From the NCBI GenBank assembly GCA_951406725.2, contig OX597817.1, forward strand, positions 174,034,001 to 174,098,000: a DNA stretch of 64,000 bases, given 5' to 3'. A program made the position numbers and the translations under genes. Below, one piece after another: positions 54,862 through 64,000 of the stretch. The notes below the pieces were generated by a model that had not been told where the DNA came from, did no database searches, and was given only the letters and a program-made list of their open reading frames with translations. The DNA is from Octopus vulgaris. Lineage: Eukaryota. Within the stretch, counting starts at the first letter, position 1; each line of letters opens with the position of its first letter.

Positions 54862-55257
54862 TTTTACTTGTTTCAGTCATTTGACTGCGGCCATGCTGGA
54901 GCACCGCCTTTAGTCGAGCAAATCGACCCCGGGACTATTCTTTGTAAGCCCAGTACTTATTCTATCGGTCTCTTTTGCCGAACCGCTAAGTGACGGGGAC
55001 ATAAACACACCAGCATCAGTTGTCAAGGAATGCTAGGGGGACAAACACAGACACACAAACATATACACACACATAAATATATATATACATATATACGACG
55101 GGCTTCTTTCAGTTTCCGTCTACCAAATCCACTCACAAGGCATTGGTCGGCCCGAGGCTATAGTAGAAGTCACTTGCCCAAGATGCCACGCAGTGGGACT
55201 GAACCCGGAACCATGTGGTTGGTAAACAAGCTACTTACCACACAGCCACCCTGCGCC
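54862..55257 (-). mobile_element. SINE family A, young full-length copy
   Basis: Complete head, body, microsatellite and tail. Older or partial copies at ~40-210, 8635-8752, 11449-11940, 21115-21490, 27745-28090, 33210-33535, 47058-47310, 52446-52833, 54172-54425, 63018-63450. Confidence 0.9.
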
Positions 55258-55907
55258 TATTTAGCTTTTTGAAGTTATGTGCTTTGTTTGGGAGCACAAC
55301 ACCGATTTCTATAGTTGTAACACACATAGACACACATGTATGTAATAAAACCTATACACTACCTTACTGTTATCATGGCACTTTATGATCAGTCTACTTG
55401 TATTTTATCTAAAATAGGTTAAGCTGATTGTTAGTTTCTTCCTTGTTGAAACAATGTATAAAATTGTTAGCTTTTTAAAAATATTTAAGAAAACACATGA
55501 GCTTACATGGTTTTACATAAGAAAATGTTAGTCCATGCTAAGCGAGGCGTTTTTTCTTTCTTTTGATGCATATTTGTACAACTTGTTTCAACATTCTACA
55601 GCTGCATGACTTTCTAGCATGAATTTGTAATGGTACCTATTGGTAGGTTAGCTGACTGAACATCGTAAGTGCAATTGTGTATAGAGAAACTATGATATAT
55701 AATGTTAATGTCTAGATTTCCATGCTTGCATGGAATTTGTTGAGGTGGATTTTCTATGACCAGATGCCTGTTCTGTCATCAATCCTCCCCTGCTTCCAAG
55801 TAAGGTAATATTTGCCCATGGTCAGACATGTTTTCGGAGAATACTGGAAATGAAGGGCACCTTGCGTTGTTAGGACATTTGTTTTGATATCAAATACAGA
55901 GAAAGTA

Positions 55908-55938
<31 letters not shown>

Positions 55939-57736
55939 TGCACCCCCGCCCCCCAGGTATGTTGCCTGTTTACCCCTTGAAGAGCCCTCCTTCATCCATG
56001 GTCACCTTTACATTGGATGTTCTAGAGTAGGAAATAAAAAAGAGAATATTGACATCTATGCACCAAATTGAAAAGCCAAAATATTCATTTATTCCGTCAT
56101 CATAAATTGCCCCAAATAATGCAGAAATCCATCCTAGTCAAGAAGCCTATCTGTTGGGGGAAGACATGGTCTGACATGGAATATAGAATAAATGAAATAA
56201 AGGCATTCTATTGTGAAAATGACCTGGCAATGATGGACTACTCAGCTAGTATATAATACACATCCACACACGTGTGTGTGTGATAAGTATGGCAGACTGC
56301 TTTCAGTTTTCATCCACCAAATCCACTCAAGGTTTTGGCTGGCCTGAGACTATCATAGTAGACACTTGTCCCAGGTGCCAAACAGTGACTGGACCCAGAA
56401 CAATATGGTTGGGAAGCATATGTGTGTGAAAGAGGTGTGTATGTATATATCTATCTACTGCCATTGTATTGGCAACAGCTCACGCCATCTGGTGTTTTCT
56501 GTCCATTAATGTATTCGTTCTACATTCAGTTACAGACACTTTTGCTGTGTGAAATGCAGTAATTGAATTGTTGGATTTTGTAGCCCGCAGAGTTGCTGTT
56601 GTTCACAAGTTATGATACAAGACAGATGTAAATAAGACTAGTCGTAAAGTTTGAATCACTGTTGGCCCCGCAGTCTAAGCAGTATCCACTGCATAGCCTC
56701 GTTCCCCCTATCATTACTAATATCCTTTCTACTATAGGCACAAGACCTACAATTTTGGAAGAGGATGATAGTTAATTACATCAACCCTATTGCTGAAATG
56801 ATGAAAGGCAAAGTCAACCTCTGCAGAATTTGAACTCAGAATGTAAAAAATAAAGAAATACCTATTTCTTTACTACCCACAAGAGGCTAAACACAGAGAG
56901 GACAAACAAGGACAGACAAACGGTTTAAGTCGATTATATCGACTCCAGTGCGTAACTGGTACTTATTTAATCAACCCCGAAAGGATGAAAGGCAAAGTCG
57001 ACATCAGCGGAATTTGAACTCAGAATGTAAAGACAGAAATAAAGAAATACCACTAAGCATTTCACCTGGCCTGCTGATGATTCTGTCAGCTCACTGCCTT
57101 CACTCTCTTCTTACTAATATCAGCAACCAAATCCAGCCCATGTTTCAGCTTTTTTCCGTCTCTAGCCTATTTTATTTCAGATGTTAGGTCTACTTTTCAA
57201 ATCTCTCTTTTATATCTGACTTTGTATTCATTTGGCTTCCTATCTCCTTATTGGCTGATTGTATTTTGCAATCATCTCCTTAATGTCCTGTTCTATGATT
57301 TTATATTAATACAGTTGTTTCTTTCGTACATCAACCACTCAAGTTCACATTGCACATCTTTGTATGGATTAATTTCTCCTTTCATTCTGTTTTTATTTGC
57401 TTCAACCCTTTAGCTCTCAGATTTACTCTGTCAAATGTAACGATTGTTTATTTAATGCTTATTTATTCACATTGTTTTGTATTTATCATACATTATCTTG
57501 TAGCTTCAACATTTCCATGATATAATATTTATTTTTAGAATTGACATAGTAGGGAAAGTGTGAGGGTCTGGATCCGGCAGGTTTGAGCAAAAACAAGTAG
57601 AATATCTGAACTGGATATGGCTGGTTTAAATGCTAATGGGTTACTGTAACTCTCTCTCTCTCTCTCTCTGTCTCTCTGTCTCTCTGTCTGTCTCTCTCTC
57701 TGTCTGTCTCTCTCTCTGTCTATCTGTCTCTCTGTC

Positions 57737-57767
<31 letters not shown>

Positions 57768-60212
57768 GTCTCTCTCTCACATGTGCACACACATATTCAT
57801 TCATTCTACTTTTTACATATTGTTTTAATCCTTGTACATATGGACCCCACTTATAGAAACATGTTATTACTGGTTCCACTCCTAATACTAACCAGATCTT
57901 TCATTTAGCAAGCCTTGTCCAGCAAACCATCGAATTAGTCCATGAGTATTAGTACTTAGCTGTTCACACTGTTATTCAAACCACTTTATGGCAGTTGATT
58001 TGTTTCCAGCTCTTTTAATAACCTACTTACACAGACTACTCCAGTCTCATTTAATGGGCTTAACCATTTACATTATGCCTTATGTTAGATATTTAGGCCT
58101 AAGAATAAAAATAAGAGGTCTTAATGGATATCTATCAGAATATTTCTTCATTAATCCATAAGCATTCAGATTACTCTTTCAAATATAAGACTTATTTATT
58201 CACATAGTTTTGAATTGATCTTGTAGCTATGAGATTTTGATAACGAAAGTGTTAATTTTCAGAATTATTTTGTAAGGTTGGTGTGAAAGGCCAGATCTGG
58301 CCAGTTTAAATGCTAAAGGGTTGAATTACTATTTTTAATTTTAATCATGTAATAGATAACTCAACATTTTTATGAAATCATAGTCAAATAGTCCACTTGG
58401 CAATTTGTATTTGATCTTTCTGCATGGAATGGTAAACACGTGTCTTCTAGCATAGCTTCAGGTTACCTCAAGCCTTGTTAGACAAATACAGTTGTTGGAT
58501 ATTTAGTAGAGTGGGAATTAGACCTGATCTAATCCCCTGGTGAAATACTTGCTTTTGCATGTCTTCAGTGGAATCTCTTTGTTGTTTGGCCTAATTGTTT
58601 CTGGTCTCTGAGAATGAAGACTATGGAGTTCATACACAAAATCTTTAATCCAGACTCCTCAGTTTATGGTGACCCTTTATTTGAAATTAGACTAAGCCTG
58701 TACTTCACCAAACATAGAACTTTTTTCTTTTTAGTATCTTACCATACAAAAGTCTCTATGTAAAAGGCCACAGTTTTGCCCTAGTGTTTCTTTTTGAATA
58801 TTTATTAAAGAAATTAGAAAACTCAGTAATAGTAAACATAGGGTAAAAACTTGAAAAAATTTTAAGATATTAAACAAGCAAAAAAAAAAAAAGAAGCTAT
58901 GTTTTTATCAAAAGGATATAAAAGAAATAAATGATCAGAATAAAAAAAAAAAAAATGCTGACTAGTTAAAAAATCTGAAGTATATGCTACTCAAAGAATT
59001 TGATTAAAAGTAAAAATATTGAACAACTTTACAATGATATTAAAGCATTGTTTGAATAACAAATCCAAGTGAATGGAACAAGGAAGATTACATTAGAAGA
59101 CTACATTATAGTGGAACAAGGAAGATTACATATTTTGTAAGAGATTGAAAATTTTGTCCTTAAAACATTTCTTATAAAGAAACAGTGCATCTACAGAATG
59201 GAGTCTAAAATCAGAAATTCAAATTCAAAATTTATTAGCATAGTATTCTTAGAAACAATTGCTTCTGCTCTGGCCTCCTTCATAGAAGCCCTTAAACTTG
59301 ATTTGATTATTCTCAGAGTAGGAAAACAGTCTTCCATTACTGTCATTGTTTAAGTTACATTATTAATAGCCTGTTGATATGGAGGAGTGACTTATTCTAT
59401 TGTTGGTCAGTTTTGATGAATGATCATTCTTTTCTAATTTAATCTATTAAAAAACAAAAGAGTTACTGAAATATTTTTTCTATTTGAACAGATTCTGCTT
59501 GTTTTTCCACTTTTAAAAATGACATTGCTTTACTTTTATTTGAATGCCCAAGTCTCATTCCAAGTCTCATTGCCTGGCAATTTGGGCAAGTGCCTTCTAC
59601 TATAGCTCCAGCCTGATCAAGGTCTTGTCAGTAGATTTAGTAGATGTTTTTCATCCTTCTGGTGTCGATTAAATAAGTACCTGTCAAGTACTGTGATAGA
59701 TGTAATCAACTCACTCCCTCCTCTAAAAGTTGCTGCCCTTGTGCCAAAATTAGAAAGAATTATTATCAATATCATCATCATCATTAAGGCGACGAGATGG
59801 CAATCATTAGCACACCAGACAAAAAGCTCAGCAGCATTTTGTCCATCTTTACGTTCTGAGTCCAAATTCCGCCAAGGTCAACTTTGCCATTCACCTTTTT
59901 GGGGTTGATAAAATAAGTATCAGTTAAGCTGACGTAATCAACTTATCTCCTCTCCTGAATTTTCTGAACTTCTGCCCAAATTTGAAAGCATTATTGTTAT
60001 CATTAATGTAGCAAGCTGGCAGAATCATTAGCCTGCTGGATGAAGTGCTTAACAGCGTTTCCTCCATCTATCCGTTCTGAGTTCAACTGCTGTCAGGGGA
60101 CCCAACTTTACCTTTCACCCTTTCGAGGTTGATAAAATAAGTACCAGTTGAATACTGGGGTTGATGTAATCAACTAGTCCCCTTCCCCCAAATTTCAGGC
60201 CTTGTGCCTTTA

Positions 60213-60396
60213 CAGTTCTATATTTAAGAGATGAGGAATTATGTACATTATTTACATTATTTATATTTGACGGATATTTGTCCTCATCTTGTTTGTTGTT
60301 AACACAACGTTTCGGGTGATACACCTTCCAGCCTTCATCAGATGTCTTGGGGGAAATTTCAAACCTGGGTTCTCATTCTTAAGGTATTTTTCGATG
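60213..60396 (-). mobile_element. 184-bp non-coding insert with an 11-bp TSD, carrying a hammerhead motif, inside a family B SINE tail
   Basis: TTGTGCCTTTA at 60202-60212 and 60397-60407; removing the insert restores the SINE tail CCTTGTGCCTTTAGTAGAAAGG. Confidence 0.85.
60301..60346 (-). ncRNA. Minimal type I hammerhead ribozyme motif with a canonical core
   Basis: Minus strand GACAT-CTGATGA-A-GGCTG-GAAGGTGTAT-CACCC-GAAAC-GTT-GTGTT: stem I GACAU/GUGUU, stem II with one C-C mismatch, GUU triplet. Confidence 0.7.
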
Positions 60397-60431
60397 TTGT
60401 GCCTTTAGTAGAAAGGATTATTATTATTATT

Positions 60432-61628
60432 GCTATCAGTGATACCCGGCCTTGCTCGGGATTAAAATGGTTTCAGTCATGTGATTGCAGCCATGCTGGA
60501 GCACTGCCATTGGTCGAAGAAACCAACCACAGGATTTATTTTTGTAAGCCTAGTACTCATTCTGTCAGTGCCTTTTACCAAACCGCTAAGTTACGGGAAT
60601 GTAAACACAGCAACATCAGTTGTCTAGCAATGGTGGGGGTACAAACACAAGACACATGCACACTCATACACATATATACAACAGTCTTCTTTCAGTTTCT
60701 GAGTACGATATCCTCTCACAAGGTTTTGGTCGGCCTGAGGCTATAATAAGCATGTATATATATATAGTACCTGACATACCCGGTAATTCCCAGGAAAGCA
60801 GGCTTATCCCTTGGTTCCGTTATCATAATTGTTTCGCTAATCCAGTAACAACAATACAAAGTATGTAGCCCTTAAAACGGTTTTTGTGCACTTACAGAGA
60901 ATACAGAACTGTCTTACAAAGGATCTTGTTTTTTAGGAATTCCCAATAAGTTATGAATACCCAAATTGTGAAGTCAGTTATGTAATAACATGAAATTAAT
61001 TACCCTATAATAAGAATTCAAATAAAGTAGCCCCGAAAAGGGCTTTAATACGTTCCCAGAGTATATAGATTTTAGGAGGAAATACTAATAAGGTATGTAT
61101 ACTAAAATCGTGAAACATGTTATGTAATAACAGGCTAATCAGGTATGAGATAATAACAATTCAAAGTAATTAACCGTGGAAAAAAGCTTTTGTGCATTTC
61201 CAGAGTATATTACGCTCAGCAGCGCTAGTGTTGGTATATTTGTGAATAAGTCACTAACTGAAATAAGTGGATCTATTGTTTAGGAGAATACTATTTACTT
61301 GTTTAAGTGTTGTATTGGATAAATTGAGAATACTAAACTAGTTCAAATACTAAGAAATAAGCAAACTGAAAATGTGAGGGAATGGGTTATTTCCCATGGA
61401 AGCTTAAAGATAATTACACCCACCGTTCACTCACGCCCAAATGTTATTCCTCCCACCGTTTACCTGAACATTTTATCGAAATCAATTTATACTTAAAACC
61501 TCCCCAGACACATTTTCAATGAGCGTGTGAAGTTTAAGAAAAATCAGTCGAGCTGTTTTGGCGCAAAACGAGGAGATAGTGATACACACATACATGCAGG
61601 CAGACATTTTCAGTCTTAATATGTAAGA
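60432..61628 (-). mobile_element. Non-autonomous Helitron containing a nested family A SINE (~60470-60750)
   Basis: Hairpin CCCGGCCTTGCTCGGG (~60445-60460) next to a decayed CTAG; opposite end reads TCTTACATATTAAG on the minus strand; flanked on both sides by the (ATT)n SINE tail. Confidence 0.65.
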
Positions 61629-61962
61629 TTATTATTATTAGTAGTAGTAGTAGTAGGAGGAGAGGAGGAGGAGGCAGCCTTAGCTGTACTAGCTACTTCA
61701 CTTCAACTTGCCAGTGAGAATAACAATGTGATGCTCTTTCAATCTGTCTGTTATTGCTAGTCAAACATACAATGCTGAGTTGAGAACACCTTAATCACGT
61801 TGTCTTCAGTGGCATTTAAAATGTTATTCTTCTCTCCTGTTTGCTAGATCACTTACAAGAATGTCACCATCCACCAATATTTGTGTATTTTTCCAATAAT
61901 TTCCATCTTCCAATATTTGTGTATTTTCTTAATTGTGTTTAACTTGAGATATTCATTATAAC

Positions 61963-62159
61963 CAGGGCTGTGGAATTAAGTGACTGTGGTCCACATATCT
62001 CACAAAGCATATGCATACGCTTGTACTTTGAAGAGGCCTATATGCTATAACTGGTTTCTATTAAAGAATAAAGATATTATGAGTCGGAATTGGTATAGTT
62101 TTACTGACTCTGACTTCAGCCACCCCTTAATTGTTTCTGACTCCAACTCCACAGCCCTG
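61963..62159. mobile_element. hAT MITE
   Basis: 12-bp TIR CAGGGCTGTGGA/TCCACAGCCCTG; perfect 8-bp TSD ATTATAAC (61955-61962, 62160-62167); GACTCC-type subterminal repeats. Confidence 0.9.
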
Positions 62160-62220
62160 ATTATAACACATAAAACCTGCCCCCCCCCAATTATTTCTGA
62201 AACTACTTTCATTAACTTCA

Positions 62221-62256
<36 letters not shown>

Positions 62257-62259
<3 letters not shown>

Positions 62260-62648
62260 TGTAGGAATGGCTGTGTGGTAAGTAGCTTGCTTACCAACCA
62301 CATGGTTCTGGGTTCAGTCCCTCTGCGTGGCACCTTGGGCAAGTGTCTTCTACTATGGCCTCGGGCTCACCAAAGCCTTGTGAGTGGATTTGGTAGACGG
62401 AAACTGAAAGAAGCCTGTTGTATATATATATATATGTATATGTCTGTGTATCCGTGTTTGTTTCCCCAACATCGCTTGGCAACACATTGCTGGTGTGTTT
62501 ACGTCCCTGTCACTTAGCGGTTTAGCAAAAGAGACCAATAGAATAAGTACTAGGCTTACAAAGACTAAGTTCTGGGGTCGATTTGCTCGACTAAAGGCGG
62601 TGCCCCAGCATGGCCACAGTTAAATAACTGAATCAAATAAAAGAATAA
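62257..62648 (+). mobile_element. SINE family A, full length
   Basis: Pol III A/B-box-like head (TGGCTGTGTGG / GGTTCAGTCC), body, (TA)n, AATAAAAG tail. Confidence 0.9.
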
Positions 62649-63170
62649 AAAATATATATATATACACACACTGGAATATGTCTGGGTGTTCTTTACTCCC
62701 CATTTTCTGAATTATTATTTTATGGTTTTCGTCAACAAAATAAATTATTAGTGGTAAAATAACTGACTCTTTGGTGCATGTATGCATCCCCATTTTGATG
62801 AAGACAGTGTCTCTCTTGACTTTATTGAAGTTCTTCATTCTTGTGTTTTTGACTTATATTTTCTCCTAGAGAAATCCAAGTTTTCTAACCATTTCTTCAA
62901 TTAAGCATAAAAAGCTATTTGTGAAGGAATAGGAGAGGGTACACTATATTTCTCCATCATTTTGAGGATATGTTTTTTTTTTAATAAAAAAAGAACAAAA
63001 AACAAAACAAACACGTTAGCATGGCTGTGTGGTAAGAAGTCTGCTTCCCAACCACAAGGTTCTGGGTTCAGTCCTACTGCATGGCATTTGGGCGAGTGTC
63101 TTCTACTATAGCCTCGGGTTGACCAAATCTTTGTGAGTGGATTTGGTAGATGGAATTTGAAAGAAGCCCA

Positions 63171-63216
<46 letters not shown>

Positions 63217-64000
63217 ACACACGCATGTGTGTGTCTTTGTGTCTGTCTTTGTCTCCCAACACTGCTTGACAACCAGTGTTGATGTGTTTATGTCCCTATA
63301 ACTTAGCAGTTCAGCAAAAGAGACCGATGGAATTAGTGCCCAGCTTTTAAAAAATGTGTACCAGGGGTGATTTGTTCAACCAGAATTCTTCAAGGAAGTG
63401 CCCCAGCATGACCACAGTCTGAAGACTGAAGCAAGTAAAAGAATCAAAGAATTTGCTGATGTCATTGTGCTTGACAACAGTAAAGAAATTTTGATCTCTA
63501 TTTTGATAAAAAAAATTATTTTTTAAAGTTTGGGATAGTTGTCTTGTTGTTATTTCCCTTTATTACAACGACTAACATTCTGTGACACTGAGTCTTTAAA
63601 TTTGACATTCTTGTAGTTGCAGTTTTTACGTCACATATTTTTTCACCATCATCATCATCATCTACAACACACTGAAACAAATATTTTCTGTCTTGTGATT
63701 GAAAAATATTAAAAAAACAGTTTTTGTTAATATTTTTCTTTTTATCATTGAGAGCATGGAGAACGGACGCTAAAAAAAAATGATGATGAATTTATGCATT
63801 CAGCTTAAACTACTTTGAATTTATCCTAAGAAGTAAAACATTAGTTAAACAAGCATATTTGTAAAACTGGAAATCTTAACACATATTACTTATTTACATT
63901 TAGAGTCAGTACTAACTCCAGCAAACTAAATAATTACCTTTGACTGACTTCAGCAAGTTAATAATTGATTAGGGTTTTCTCCCCCACCTACTGTTGTCTG

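Overview
AT-rich, repeat-saturated eukaryotic (animal) DNA that is almost entirely intronic. The SINE families and microsatellite load look like Octopus or another coleoid cephalopod (recognition, not a database result). The only host coding sequence I can support is one 109-nt internal exon (18090-18198, +) encoding [36 protein letters not shown](Y), part of a heat-shock-factor (HSF1-type) DNA-binding domain. No flanking HSF exons were seen, so the introns are >18 kb and >45.8 kb. The ORF track is essentially noise or transposon debris. The rest comprises tRNA-derived SINEs (at least 4 families), TTAA piggyBac-type and 8-bp-TSD hAT MITEs, a decayed autonomous Helitron (HUH Rep + Pif1), non-autonomous Helitrons and Helentron-type HINEs, and fragments of Penelope, CR1/L2, L1/Tx1, RTE and HERO-like retroelements. 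Most notable is a set of unrelated ~190-200 bp non-coding inserts, two with clear TSDs, each carrying a minimal type I hammerhead ribozyme fold. One has a natural G3:C8 compensatory swap of the catalytic core. The best-preserved copies are all antisense to the HSF pre-mRNA. Repeat boundaries were read by eye and are approximate unless a TSD is quoted.
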